DNA from: Gemmatimonadota bacterium
GTDB lineage: Bacteria; Gemmatimonadota; Gemmatimonadetes; Palauibacterales; Palauibacteraceae
Length of the DNA: 64,000 bases
Reading direction: 5' to 3'
Assembly: GCA_963666735.1 (NCBI GenBank)
Contig: OY762926.1
Coordinates: 3,488,001-3,552,000, forward strand
Below are positions 19,777 through 32,148 of the stretch, one piece after another. Each line of letters opens with the position of its first letter. Position 1 is the stretch's first letter. The translations under genes and the position numbers were made by a program. The notes beneath the pieces are model-generated. The model was not told where the DNA came from. It saw nothing but the letters and a program-made list of their open reading frames with translations, and did no database searches.

Positions 19777-20631
19777 CTACTCCCGGAAGCGCATCTGTAT
19801 GCCCAGCGCGTCCCCGGCAATCAGCGGCCGGATCCGGGCGCGGGCGGGCGAAGACCGCCTGGACGAGACCGACGAGGGTTCGACTCGGAGCCAGCCAGCA
19901 GCCGCTTCGGTCGCGCGGCCGCCCACCCACCAGCCGATGAAGCCTCCGACCACCACATCGGACAGCCAGTGCCGGTCTCCGTAGATCCGGGCGAGTCCCG
20001 TACCCGCCGCCGCCGCGTAGAAGGGGATGGCCCACCCGCCCTCGGCGACCTCATCGACGGCGGCGGCGATCGCGAAGGCATAAGCCGTGTGGCCGGACCC
20101 CAGGGAGGCGTTGCTCCGGAAGGGGTCGAAGTGCAGAACGCCCCGCTCATCTCTCGGGCGGCTTCGTCCCAACGTCCAGTTGAGGATGGTGTTCGACATC
20201 GAGCCGGCGAAGACGCCGAAGAAGGCCGATGTCGCCCGCCGGACTCCCTGTTCGCCGTCCAGCGCGACGCCGAGAAGGATTCCGCCCCCGGCGAGAAGGG
20301 GCGCCGTCCGCTTCCAGTCGCCGTACGTGTGGCCGGCGCCGGCCAGATCGCGCCCCAACGTTCCCTGCTGGTCCAGCGCAAGCGTGCGGATGTTGTCGTC
20401 GAGGAGGAAGGCGCCGCCGAGGACGCCCGCCCCGAGGGCGATATCCGGCCAGACCCGGCTCGCGCCCGGCGTCTGCGAATCCGGAGGCGCTTCGACCGCC
20501 CGCGCCTGGGCGGCGAGGTGGACCGGAAACACGAACCACGCGACTCCGAGGCAGGCGACCGCCCCTCGCAGGGTTCTGTTTCGCGCGATCGGGCGGCGTG
20601 CGCCGCTGCGGCCGAAGCGTGTCATGGACAT
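19777..20631 (-). CDS. PAP2-family phosphatase
   Basis: GRSRP, SGHT and ARIYGDRHWLSDV motifs with TM segments; start approximate. Confidence 0.82.
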   Translation of the reverse strand: MSMTRFGRSGARRPIARNRTLRGAVACLGVAWFVFPVHLAAQARAVEAPPDSQTPGASRVWPDIALGAGVLGGAFLLDDNIRTLALDQQGTLGRDLAGAGHTYGDWKRTAPLLAGGGILLGVALDGEQGVRRATSAFFGVFAGSMSNTILNWTLGRSRPRDERGVLHFDPFRSNASLGSGHTAYAFAIAAAVDEVAEGGWAIPFYAAAAGTGLARIYGDRHWLSDVVVGGFIGWWVGGRATEAAAGWLRVEPSSVSSRRSSPARARIRPLIAGDALGIQMRFRE

Positions 20632-20711
20632 CTCGAAGCTGCCTGCCCGGAGGCTCCCGGGCAACCGCTCGGCGGCGCTTTCCGGACCAGGTCGACAACG
20701 GGCAAATTTCC

Positions 20712-20740
20712 TTGCGATACAAGGGTTTTCGCCGTATTTT
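20712..20740 (+). promoter_or_regulatory. Candidate sigma70 promoter for recF-dciA-gyrB
   Basis: TTGCGA-N17-TATTTT in an AT-rich patch, ending 8 nt before the recF GTG. Confidence 0.5.
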
Positions 20741-20748
20741 GAGGGCTT

Positions 20749-21920
20749 GTGACGAAGACACCGGAGGCACCGTCCATCCGCCAGCCCGAGGCGTCTTCCG
20801 CGCCTTTCCTCAGGCGCTTGATCCTTCGCGACTACCGCAACTTCGAACGACTCGAGTGCGAGTTCCCCGAAGCCGGCGTCGCGATCATCGGGCCCAACGG
20901 ATCGGGCAAGACGAACCTCCTCGAGGCGATCTACTACCTCGAGGTTTTTCGGTCCTTTCGAGGCGTGCGGGATCGCGCGCTCGTGCGGTTCGGAGAGACG
21001 GTGTTTCGGGTGGAAGGCGAGGTTGAGGGGGGGATGTCCGTGGCGGCAGCCTACGACCGGTCGCAACGGATCAAGAAGGTCGAGGTCGACGCGCTCGAAG
21101 TGGAGCGGGTTTCGGCCGGGATCGGTTCGGTGGGGGTCGCGGCGTTTCGTCTCGACGACGCCGAGATCGTGCGTGGAGGGCCGTCGCTGCGGCGTCGCTT
21201 CCTCGACGTCGCGCTCTCGGTGGGCGTGCCGGGCTACCTCCCGGCGCTGCAGCGCTACCGGGGCCTCCTGTCGCAACGGAACGAGGCGCTTCGGCGCGGC
21301 TGGTCGAACGACGAGACGGAAGCGTGGACGGAGGGGCTGATCGAGGCGGGTGGAGTTCTCACGGAAAGGCGGGCGACGTGGGTGGTGGAGGGGGCGGAGC
21401 GATACGCCGACTTCTACGCGCGGATCTCGGGAGGAGACAGTGCGGCGCTTCGGTATTCGGCTTCGATCGCATCGAACGATGGGGTGGAGGATGGTTCGGA
21501 GGCCGCCGGCTCGTGGCAGGACCGTTTTCGACGCGCGCTGGAGAGGACCGGGGAACGTGAGCGTCGCCAGGGCATGACCGTAGTGGGCCCGCACCGCGAC
21601 GAGATCAGGTTCGAGGTCGAGGCGCCGGAAGGCCCTCGCGACCTCCGGAGCTACGGGTCGAGCGGACAGCAGCGCACGGCCGCGCTCGCCCTGCGCCTGC
21701 TCGAAGCGGACCGGCTCAGGGAACGGCTCGGCCGCGAGCCGTTGTACCTCCTCGACGACGTGTTCGCGGAACTCGACGAGGGGCGCTCGGACCGGCTGTT
21801 TCGCCTTTTCGAGTCCGAGCGGGGCGGGCAGGTGATTATCACCGCGCCCAAGCCCGGTGACGTGGGGCTGATGGGCGGGAAGCTCGAGCGATGGCGTCTG
21901 TGCAACGGACGGCTCATCGC

Positions 21921-21924
<4 letters not shown>
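20749..21924 (+). CDS. recF: DNA replication/repair protein RecF
   Basis: YRNF, GPNGSGKTNLLEAI, RRRFLD, GPHRD, SSGQQR, LLDDVFAELD. Confidence 0.95.
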
Positions 21925-24301
<2,377 letters not shown>

Positions 24302-24431
24302 TCCGCCTCTGAGCCCACCTCGCGTCCCCGCGTCGACGGCCCTTTGATAGCCCGTTGATGCCCGCCCCGATCCTTGTGTCAGAGAGGGCGGCAGGGCGTC
24401 GCCCTCCGGGATCATTCAGGGGAGGTGGACG

Positions 24432-24752
24432 ATGATGAGGACGAGGAGAAACAGCCGTGCGGCGTGGCCGCTCGCCGTGGCGTGGGCTTTCGCGGGGGCC
24501 CTGGCGCTCTCGCTGGCGCAGCCGTCCGAGGCTGCGGCGCAGAGCGAGTGTGCGCCGTACATCTCGGGAGGACCGGACAATCCGGCGAGCGGAGAATTGG
24601 TGGGCTACCAGATCGTTTCGCTCAATCTCGGCGCGGTCTTTGGTCTTTCGGTCGGTATCACCGCGACCTTCAACCTTGGCGTGTACGATATGGATGGCCG
24701 CCCAACGACTTACGTCCGGTGCGACGATTACACGGAGTGGAGCTTCCAGTGA
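24432..24752 (+). CDS. Small secreted protein (106 aa, about 70 aa mature, two Cys)
   Basis: GGAGGT RBS; basic N-region, hydrophobic core and EAAA/Q cleavage site; coding-like codon pattern. Confidence 0.75.
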   Translation: MMRTRRNSRAAWPLAVAWAFAGALALSLAQPSEAAAQSECAPYISGGPDNPASGELVGYQIVSLNLGAVFGLSVGITATFNLGVYDMDGRPTTYVRCDDYTEWSFQ

Positions 24753-24822
24753 GCCACATCCCGGGAGCCATCGGTTCGAGGTCGCGTCCCGTGAAGCCTG
24801 AGGTTTCGGCTGCGAACCGTTT

Positions 24823-24851
24823 CCGGCCACCGAGTTCCGCTCGGTGGCCGG
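24823..24851. promoter_or_regulatory. Perfect 12-bp stem-loop between the small-protein gene and the first propeller gene
   Basis: CCGGCCACCGAG-TTCCG-CTCGGTGGCCGG, ending 2 nt before ATG 24854. Confidence 0.7.
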
Positions 24852-24853
24852 GG

Positions 24854-25915
24854 ATGGTTTCGCGCACCGTCCCGCTGGGCCTGGCGGGCGCCATCGGTCT
24901 CGCGGGGTGCGGAAGCGCTCCAGATGCCGACGACGACGGACGGGTCTATTTCTCGGAGAGCAGCAGCCGGGCCTACGAGATCGGATCGTCCGACGCCCAC
25001 CTCGATCAACTGGATGCACGCGTGAGCTTCGGCTCCGTCGCTGACGTACTTGCCACGCCGACCGGCTATTTCGTCGCAGACGGACTCGATCCGCGCATCG
25101 TCCTCCTCGACCGGAATCTCGATCCGGTGCGGATCATGGGCAGAGAGGGGGAGGGACCCGGGGAATACAAGTTCCCAAGTCGTCTGGCGCGGGCGGAAGA
25201 CAGGATTCTGGTCCTCGATGGCGGGAACGAGCGAGTCGCGTACCTGACCCTGGAGGGCGATTTTTTGGACAGCCGACGGATTCCCGGCCTTGCAAGCGAT
25301 ATCGCGCAACATCCGGAACTCGGGTTGCTCGTCGCGGGCAATGCGTTTCCGGACCACTATCTGGCGCAGGTCACGGCGGAGGGGGATACGGCTTTCGGGC
25401 GGATTCCGGAAGAGCTGCGCGTCGACGCCGGCGGATTGTTCCATTGGCCCCTGGACCTGGTCACGGTTACGGCCGACGGCGTGATCCACGTCCTTGACGC
25501 GGATCAGCTCGCACTCGTGAGTTTTTCCCCCGGCGGAGAGCTCGCGAGCGTCATCTTCCTGCCAAGAGAAATGCGGGCTCGCGAACTGAGGGAACAACAA
25601 GAGACGATCGAAGCATTCGGCGGGCCGACCCGGGTCCTCGGCAGTCAGAGCGTGACGACCCTCCGACCTCTCCACGACGGTCGACTGTTTGCCCGGATCA
25701 CGTCCGTGCGCCCGGACAGTACGATTACGAATGGTCTCGTTCTGGACCTGGAGCGCCTTGAAGCGACCCCCGTGGTCGTCCCCGCCGGCCACAAGGAACG
25801 GTTGCGGCTGCGGGGTGGCGTCTACCTCGACGGACTGGATCGCGTGGTGCTCAAACCCCGAGGGAACGCGGGGCTCGAAACCGCGCGGATCGAGCTCTTA
25901 GCCGGGGACAGATGA
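24854..25915 (+). CDS. Lipoprotein, 6-bladed beta-propeller/NHL-like (paralog 1)
   Basis: Lipobox LAGC, GREGEGPGEYKFP motif, repeated beta-blade pattern (YFVADG, ILVLDG, IHVLDA). Confidence 0.78.
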   Translation: MVSRTVPLGLAGAIGLAGCGSAPDADDDGRVYFSESSSRAYEIGSSDAHLDQLDARVSFGSVADVLATPTGYFVADGLDPRIVLLDRNLDPVRIMGREGEGPGEYKFPSRLARAEDRILVLDGGNERVAYLTLEGDFLDSRRIPGLASDIAQHPELGLLVAGNAFPDHYLAQVTAEGDTAFGRIPEELRVDAGGLFHWPLDLVTVTADGVIHVLDADQLALVSFSPGGELASVIFLPREMRARELREQQETIEAFGGPTRVLGSQSVTTLRPLHDGRLFARITSVRPDSTITNGLVLDLERLEATPVVVPAGHKERLRLRGGVYLDGLDRVVLKPRGNAGLETARIELLAGDR

Positions 25916-26001
25916 CCGCGCTCGCCATCGTCGCGATCGACCAGGGGATGACTTCGACCTGCGCGATCGCGTCCGATCTCGAGGGGTGGGGCCTGCTTTG
26001 A
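25912..26001 (+). pseudogene. Degenerate 5' fragment of glpK (29-codon mini-ORF)
   Basis: MTALAIVAIDQGMTSTCAIASDL compared with glp[21 protein letters not shown] at 27059-27118. Confidence 0.85.
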
Positions 26002-27044
26002 CGCGATCGGTCGCTTTGGGACTGGCGAGCGTACTCGGACTCTCCGGATGCAACGGGGATCCGGGTGGCGGCGACGATGGACGCGCCCATTTCGTCGAGA
26101 CCGGCCAGATCTACGAGATCCGGTCGCTCGGCGCCCACCTTGACCAGTTCGACGAACGGGTGAGCTTCGGCTCGCTGGCGGACATCCTCGTCACCCCAAA
26201 CGGCTACTTCGTCGCGGACGGGCTCAACAGCCACATCGTCCTCCTCGACCGGAGCCTGAATCTGGTGCGGATCTCGGGCAGGGACGGCGACGGCCCCGGA
26301 GAATACAGATTTCCGAGCCGCATGGACTACGCCGGTGAGCAGATCCTCGTCGTCGACGTCGGAGCCGGGCGAGCGTCGTACCTGAGCCCGGACGGAGACT
26401 TCGTTCGCAGCCAACTGATGCCGGGGAACGCGAGCGATGCGGTTGTCCATCCGGACCTTGGGCTGCTCGTAGCTGGGGACGCGTTCGTGGACCACTACCT
26501 GGCCCGCGTGACGGCGCGCGGAAACGTGGCGTTCGGGCGGATCCCGGACGAGTTGCGTCCCGACCCGGAAGGCCCATTCCAGTTGCGTATGGACTTGGTG
26601 ACCGTGTCCGACGACGGCCTGATCCACGTCCTCGATCAGGACCAGCTTGCGCTTATGAGCTTCGACGCCGAGGGGATCTTGGTGAGCGTGCTCTTCCTGC
26701 CGACGGAAATGCGGGATCTCAGGTTGAGGAAGAATCGTGAGACCATCGAGGCGTTCGGAGGGCCGGAGCGAGTCCTCGGCACACAGTTCGTCTCGAGCCT
26801 CCGGCCCCTTGAGGACGGCCGTCTGTTCGCGCGGTTCAACTCGGAGAACACGATCGGGCTGTTCCTGGATGTGGAGCGGCACGAAGCTGCGCGCCTCGCA
26901 GTGCCGGCGGAGCGAGAAGACTGGCTATGGATGCTATCGAGCCAGGTCTACTTTGACGGCATGGATCGAGCGGTGCTTACCGAGGGCCTGAAGGCCGCCG
27001 GACTCCTGACCGCGAAGATCGAACTCACGGAGCCGGGGGGATAA
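25998..27044 (+). CDS. Lipoprotein, 6-bladed beta-propeller/NHL-like (paralog 2)
   Basis: Lipobox [17 protein letters not shown]; colinear similarity to paralog 1 (HLDQxDx[15 protein letters not shown]). Confidence 0.78.
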   Translation: MTRSVALGLASVLGLSGCNGDPGGGDDGRAHFVETGQIYEIRSLGAHLDQFDERVSFGSLADILVTPNGYFVADGLNSHIVLLDRSLNLVRISGRDGDGPGEYRFPSRMDYAGEQILVVDVGAGRASYLSPDGDFVRSQLMPGNASDAVVHPDLGLLVAGDAFVDHYLARVTARGNVAFGRIPDELRPDPEGPFQLRMDLVTVSDDGLIHVLDQDQLALMSFDAEGILVSVLFLPTEMRDLRLRKNRETIEAFGGPERVLGTQFVSSLRPLEDGRLFARFNSENTIGLFLDVERHEAARLAVPAEREDWLWMLSSQVYFDGMDRAVLTEGLKAAGLLTAKIELTEPGG

Positions 27045-28537
27045 AGGTCAATTCTCGACTCGCGCTGGTCGCAATCGACCAGGGGACGACTTCGACGCGC
27101 GCCATCGTGTTCGACCTCCGCGGGAGGACGATCGCTACGGCGCAGCGGGAGTTGACGCAGAGCTATCCCGCCCCGGGCTGGGTGGAGCATGACCCCGAGC
27201 GCATCCGGGATGACGCCATCGAAGTGGCGCGGGAGGTCATCGAGACCGCCGAGACGTCCGGGTATCACGTGGCGGCGATCGGCATCACGAACCAGCGCGA
27301 GACGACCGTGGTCTGGGAACGCGCGAGCGGCAAGCCGGTTCACCCGGCGATCGTGTGGCAGGACCGGCGGACGGCGAAGGCGTGTGCCGAGCTTCGCGGG
27401 GCGGGGCACGAGGGGCTGATCGCGCGCCGCACCGGGTTGCGGCTCGACCCGTACTTCTCCGGAACGAAGCTGGCGTGGATCCTCGACAACGTGCCGGGAG
27501 CGCGTGAGGCGGCGGCGAAGGGCGAACTGGCCTTTGGGACGATCGACGCCTGGTTGCTCTGGTGTCTGACCGGCGGGCGCGTGCACGCGACGGATGCGTC
27601 GAACGCGTCGCGGACCCTCCTCTACGACATCGATGAAGGCCGCTGGCACCCGGAACTGCTCGAACTGTTGCGCGTGCCCGCCGCCGTGTTGCCCGAGGTT
27701 CGCGATTCGGCCGGCGATTTCGGGGAGACGTTCGCGGGACTGTTCGGCCGCGCGATCCCGTTGCGGGGCGTGGTCGGCGACCAGCAGGCGGCGACGTTCG
27801 GACAGGCCGCGTTCGAGCCGGGAGGGATGAAGTTTACCTACGGAACGGGCGCGTTTGCGCTGCTGAACACCGGCGCGGACCGACTCGCCTCGCGGCACGG
27901 CCTGCTCACGACGGTGGCCTGGCAACTCCACGGGGAACGCACGTACGCGCTCGAGGGCAGCATCTTCGTCGCCGGCGCATCGGTGCAGTGGCTGCGCGAT
28001 GGGTTGGGCATCATTGCCGACGCCGCCGAGACGGAGGCGCTTGCCCGTTCCGTGGATTCGACGGGTGGGGTCGTGCTGGTCCCCGCTTTCGCCGGGCTGG
28101 GCGGCATCCACTGGGATCCGGAAGCGCGCGCCGCCCTGCTGGGCATGACGCGCGACACGGGGCGGGCCGAGATCGCACGCGCGGCGCTGGAGGCGGTCGC
28201 CTACCAGTCACGCGAACTGATCGACGCGATGCAGGCCGACGGAGCGCCGCGACCGGCGACGCTGCGCGTGGACGGCGGATTCACGAACAACGACTGGGCC
28301 ATGCAGTTTCTCGCCGACATCCTCGACATCGAGATCGGGTGCCCGGCCGTGACGGAGACCACCGCGCTGGGGGCGGCGATGCTGGGCGGCCTCGGCGCCG
28401 GCGTGTTCGCGGACCTGCGGGAGGTCGCGGCCCTGTGGCGACAGGACCGCGCGTGGCGGCCGGCCATGGACGCGAAGAAGCGCGAAACGCTCTATTCCGG
28501 GTGGCGGCGCGCGGTCGCCCGCGTGCTCACGAACTGA
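27041..28537 (+). CDS. glpK: Glycerol kinase (start codon atypical or uncertain)
   Basis: [55 protein letters not shown]. No ATG/GTG/TTG in frame upstream of DQGTTS; ATA at 27041. Confidence 0.92.
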   Translation: MKVNSRLALVAIDQGTTSTRAIVFDLRGRTIATAQRELTQSYPAPGWVEHDPERIRDDAIEVAREVIETAETSGYHVAAIGITNQRETTVVWERASGKPVHPAIVWQDRRTAKACAELRGAGHEGLIARRTGLRLDPYFSGTKLAWILDNVPGAREAAAKGELAFGTIDAWLLWCLTGGRVHATDASNASRTLLYDIDEGRWHPELLELLRVPAAVLPEVRDSAGDFGETFAGLFGRAIPLRGVVGDQQAATFGQAAFEPGGMKFTYGTGAFALLNTGADRLASRHGLLTTVAWQLHGERTYALEGSIFVAGASVQWLRDGLGIIADAAETEALARSVDSTGGVVLVPAFAGLGGIHWDPEARAALLGMTRDTGRAEIARAALEAVAYQSRELIDAMQADGAPRPATLRVDGGFTNNDWAMQFLADILDIEIGCPAVTETTALGAAMLGGLGAGVFADLREVAALWRQDRAWRPAMDAKKRETLYSGWRRAVARVLTN

Positions 28538-28580
28538 TATTCTGGCCGACGACACCCCCCTGAAGCGGCACGGGTAGCTC

Positions 28581-29564
28581 ATGGAAACCACCGGGAGGCC
28601 GACCGTCCCCGCGGCCGAGGAGATCCTTGGCGGGTATTTCCCCGTCCTCGACCACGGGTTCGTCGCGCTCGTCGACTACATGGGCTCGGACGCCCACGTG
28701 GAGGCGGCGGCTCGCGTCAGCTACGGGGCCGGCACGCGTCGCGTCAGCCAGACTCGCGGTCTCGTGCGGTATCTGCGGCGCCACGCGCACACGACGCCGA
28801 GCGAGATGGTCGAGTTCAAGTTCCACTGCTCCATGCCGATGTTCGTCGCGCGACAGTGGATCCGGCACCGCACGGCTTCGGTCAACGAACTCAGCGCCCG
28901 CTACAGTCTCCTGCCGCTGCTGTTCTACGAACCGGGCCACGAGCAGTTCGCCTACCAGAGCCGTTTGAACAACCAGGGCCGAGAAGCGGACCCCGCCCCA
29001 ACTGACCTCTACCGCCGCGCGATCGAACGCTGGGAGCAACTGCGGAACGAAGCGGCGCATGGTTACGAGTGGCTGCTCTCCGAGGATGTCGCCCGCGAAC
29101 TCGCGCGGATCGACCTCCCCCTGTCGACGTATACGCAGTGGTACTGGAAGATCGATCTGCACAACCTCCTCCACTTCCTGCGGCTGCGGGTGGACGCTCA
29201 CGCGCAGTGGGAAATCCAGGAGTACGGGCGCGTGATGGCCGGCATGCTCCAGCGGGTCGCGCCGCTCAGTTACGAGGCCTGGGTCGACTATGAAGTGTTG
29301 GGGGCGCGGCTGAGCGCGGGGGAACTCGAGGTGCTGCGAAGCCTGTTGCGGCCGGACCCCGAGTCGGAATCGATCCGCGGCGAAGGGGTCGCGACGAAGG
29401 AGGATCTCAAGGCGGCCGGGCTGGCGCCGCGCGAGATCCGCGAGCTGCTGGACAAGCTGTCTCCCGCCGAACGACCCGACTTCACGCTCGATCTCTCGCA
29501 GATGAAGAGCGCGGAGGAAATGTCCGGAAAGATGGCGAAAGCGGTGCCGGAGCCCACGGGTTAG
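28581..29564 (+). CDS. thyX: FAD-dependent thymidylate synthase
   Basis: AARVSY, RQWIRHRTASVNELSARY, ARELAR, HAQWEI. Confidence 0.95.
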   Translation: METTGRPTVPAAEEILGGYFPVLDHGFVALVDYMGSDAHVEAAARVSYGAGTRRVSQTRGLVRYLRRHAHTTPSEMVEFKFHCSMPMFVARQWIRHRTASVNELSARYSLLPLLFYEPGHEQFAYQSRLNNQGREADPAPTDLYRRAIERWEQLRNEAAHGYEWLLSEDVARELARIDLPLSTYTQWYWKIDLHNLLHFLRLRVDAHAQWEIQEYGRVMAGMLQRVAPLSYEAWVDYEVLGARLSAGELEVLRSLLRPDPESESIRGEGVATKEDLKAAGLAPREIRELLDKLSPAERPDFTLDLSQMKSAEEMSGKMAKAVPEPTG

Positions 29565-29567
29565 CGC

Positions 29568-31301
29568 TCAGGCCCCTCGCGCCGCCCGTCGCGGAAGGGT
29601 GCGTGCCGCGAACCACGCCAGCGACCCCAGCCACAGCGCGTAGAACACGACGCGGATCGGGTGGAGCGCCAGCGACTCCTGGAACTGCGGTTCGACTCCC
29701 GCGACCAGCATCGTCGTTCGTGACAGCTGTTCGGCCGTGAACCATCCCCACAGCACCGCGGCCCACAGCAGGCTCCACCGTTTCCAGGTCGGCGGCCCCA
29801 ACTCGACCGGCAGCCGGCGCACGTTCATGTAGCCGATCACGAGCGTAAACAGGAACATGCTGGACATGGTGAACGGGCCCGCGATGAGAAGCAGGAAATC
29901 GGGCTGAAGCACATCCAGCGCCTCCCCGCCGATCCATGACGCGGCAATGATCCCCATCGCCGCGAGCACGAAGATCGTGAGGAACACCAGGAACGTCCGT
30001 TTCTGGGTGAAGAAGCGCGTCTTGTATCCGAAGCGTTCGTAAAAGATGCAGCCCGTGATTCGGGTGACGGTGTCGAGGATCGCAAGCTGGGTCGAAAAGA
30101 TGACGAACGACCCCCCGAGCAGGAACGCGACGCGGAGCCACAAGCCGCCGACGCGCTGAATCGCCTCGCCCTGCAGCGTCACCATCGTGGTCAGATCGCC
30201 CGCGATGCCCGGGTTGTCCGTGCCCAGCGTCGCCGCGACGAGCATGCACGTGATGACGACGCTCAGGAGCGTCAGGACAACGAAGGTGACGAGCAATTCC
30301 TGGTGGACGACCCGCATCCAGCCCCGGAAACGCCCGAGTTGCACAGGGTCGCTCGTGTCGAAGACGAACCCGGTCGTGCTGACGTCTTCATTGCGCCCGC
30401 GGATGCCCGCGATCCGTCCCTGAAACCGCGCCATCCCGAAGCCCTTGTCGCGCAACCAGAGCGACTGTGCGAGGAGCAGCGTGCCCCCGGTGCCGGCATA
30501 CGCCACCGCGAGGATCAGCGTTGGGAACTGGTCCCCCGTGAACAGTTCGGCCGGGGCGCTCCCGAACGAGACGGCGCCAACCGCCAGTTCGAGGAGGTGG
30601 GAGGGCACGAAACCGACCGCGAGGAGCGTGATCGCGAGGAGAGGGAAGAACCCCGCCACCAGGGCGATCTCACAGCGCTCCAGGACGTTGTAGACGATGC
30701 GGGAGACCGCGAGGCCGAACCAGATGCAGGCGAGCATGAGCAGCGCCATCGGCTGCCACTGGATCTGCGGCCCTCCGGCGAGGACCACGATCTGACCCAC
30801 GAATTCGGCGGACTGCGACGCCCACCCGGGCCAGAAGAAGCTGGCCAGCGTCGCGACCAGGAAGAGCCAGGGCCAGAACCCCAGCCGGTCGAGCCGAGCC
30901 ATGCCGGCGAACGTCGACTCGCCGGTGGCGATGGTCCAGCGTTCGATCTCGCCGATGACGACGAACTGGGTCACGACTCCGATCCAGAACAGCCACCAGA
31001 TCGAGAACCCGTTGGCGGCCACGAGGTTGGGCCAGAGGAGGAACTCACCGCTTCCCAGACCCATGCCGAGCGCGATGACGGAGGGCCCGATGATGTGCCT
31101 GAGGCGGGGCACCCGGGACATGCGGCGGACGAACTTGAACGGCGGGCCGTGACCGCGGTCGGGAAAGGCTTCTGTGTCCGGCGCGTCCGGAAGGGTGCTC
31201 TCGTCGAGCGGCTTGTACACGCCGTTACGGTACTGCTGTCCCTCCTCGTTGCTGGAGGAGATCGAGTCCGGCGCCATCGAGCCGGAGCCCTGCCCGGTCA
31301 A
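29568..31301 (-). CDS. Nramp-like (APC-fold) membrane transporter
   Basis: Many TM helices; GPSVIALGMGLGSGEFLLWP and EIERWTIATGES motifs; start may be ATG 31277. Confidence 0.7.
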   Translation of the reverse strand: MTGQGSGSMAPDSISSSNEEGQQYRNGVYKPLDESTLPDAPDTEAFPDRGHGPPFKFVRRMSRVPRLRHIIGPSVIALGMGLGSGEFLLWPNLVAANGFSIWWLFWIGVVTQFVVIGEIERWTIATGESTFAGMARLDRLGFWPWLFLVATLASFFWPGWASQSAEFVGQIVVLAGGPQIQWQPMALLMLACIWFGLAVSRIVYNVLERCEIALVAGFFPLLAITLLAVGFVPSHLLELAVGAVSFGSAPAELFTGDQFPTLILAVAYAGTGGTLLLAQSLWLRDKGFGMARFQGRIAGIRGRNEDVSTTGFVFDTSDPVQLGRFRGWMRVVHQELLVTFVVLTLLSVVITCMLVAATLGTDNPGIAGDLTTMVTLQGEAIQRVGGLWLRVAFLLGGSFVIFSTQLAILDTVTRITGCIFYERFGYKTRFFTQKRTFLVFLTIFVLAAMGIIAASWIGGEALDVLQPDFLLLIAGPFTMSSMFLFTLVIGYMNVRRLPVELGPPTWKRWSLLWAAVLWGWFTAEQLSRTTMLVAGVEPQFQESLALHPIRVVFYALWLGSLAWFAARTLPRRAARGA

Positions 31302-32110
31302 GGTGCCGGGGGGTCGAAGCGTCCCTCGGGCACCGTCTCACCCGCGGCCACATCCTCGAAGTAGATGAAACGGTCGCCCCCATCCGGAAGCCGCGTCATG
31401 GCGAACTGGATGTCGCCGACCGGTTGCCAGTCCGACCACCAGATGACCTCCCCCGGCGCGTCCGACCGCCCCAGGTGGTACTGCCAGGCCATCATGCGCC
31501 CCGACTCGTCGAGAAAACCCCAGTACTGGTCTTCGGTCGTACCCAGGCCCTGGTCGAAGCTGAGGTGGATCGCTTCGTACGCCTTGCCGTCGGAAAGCGT
31601 ACGCGCCCCCTCATGGGCGAGGTGAACGCCCGGGTCGTCCCACTTGAAGGGCATGATCGCCCAGTACGTGTCGTTGATAAAGGCGCCGTAGCCGCGCCGG
31701 AGCGCCGAGTCCCGCGCCGCGCCGGCCAGCTCCTCGCCTCCGACCCACGCGCGTCCCGCCGGAACCTTCTCGAGCTCGGGGTGCGGATCGATCTCGTGCA
31801 CGTTGAAGAGCAGGAGATGGGACGTTCCGTCCTCCGCATAGGCGATGCGGTACCGTCCGTCGTACCGGTCCCACGAATGTTCGCGGTTCGCCACGATCCG
31901 GCCCTCGCGTTCCACGATCCAGCGGAACGACAGGTATCGCGTTCGATCCCATGCCTCCCGCCCACCGAGACTCTCGGCCAGACGCGCAGCGTGCATGGCC
32001 GCGGTATCGTCAGGCGCCGTGGCGGCCACGGCGCCGCCGCCGTCTTCCGGCGTCCCTCCGCCGCACGCGACGAGCGCGGACATCGCCAACATCGCACAGA
32101 GTCTTCGCAT
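31298..32110 (-). CDS. Hypothetical lipoprotein
   Basis: Lipobox LVAC, then LGGREAW, FINDTYWAIMPFK and DPGVHL; stop overlaps the transporter start (TTGA). Confidence 0.72.
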   Translation of the reverse strand: MRRLCAMLAMSALVACGGGTPEDGGGAVAATAPDDTAAMHAARLAESLGGREAWDRTRYLSFRWIVEREGRIVANREHSWDRYDGRYRIAYAEDGTSHLLLFNVHEIDPHPELEKVPAGRAWVGGEELAGAARDSALRRGYGAFINDTYWAIMPFKWDDPGVHLAHEGARTLSDGKAYEAIHLSFDQGLGTTEDQYWGFLDESGRMMAWQYHLGRSDAPGEVIWWSDWQPVGDIQFAMTRLPDGGDRFIYFEDVAAGETVPEGRFDPPAP

Positions 32111-32148
32111 GGACTCCCCCGGACGAGCGTTACAGACGAAGGCGCAAC

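Noticed and set aside
24432..24752. RiPP precursor interpretation of the small protein
   Set aside because: It has a Sec-type signal peptide and no adjacent modifying enzyme, peptidase or transporter.
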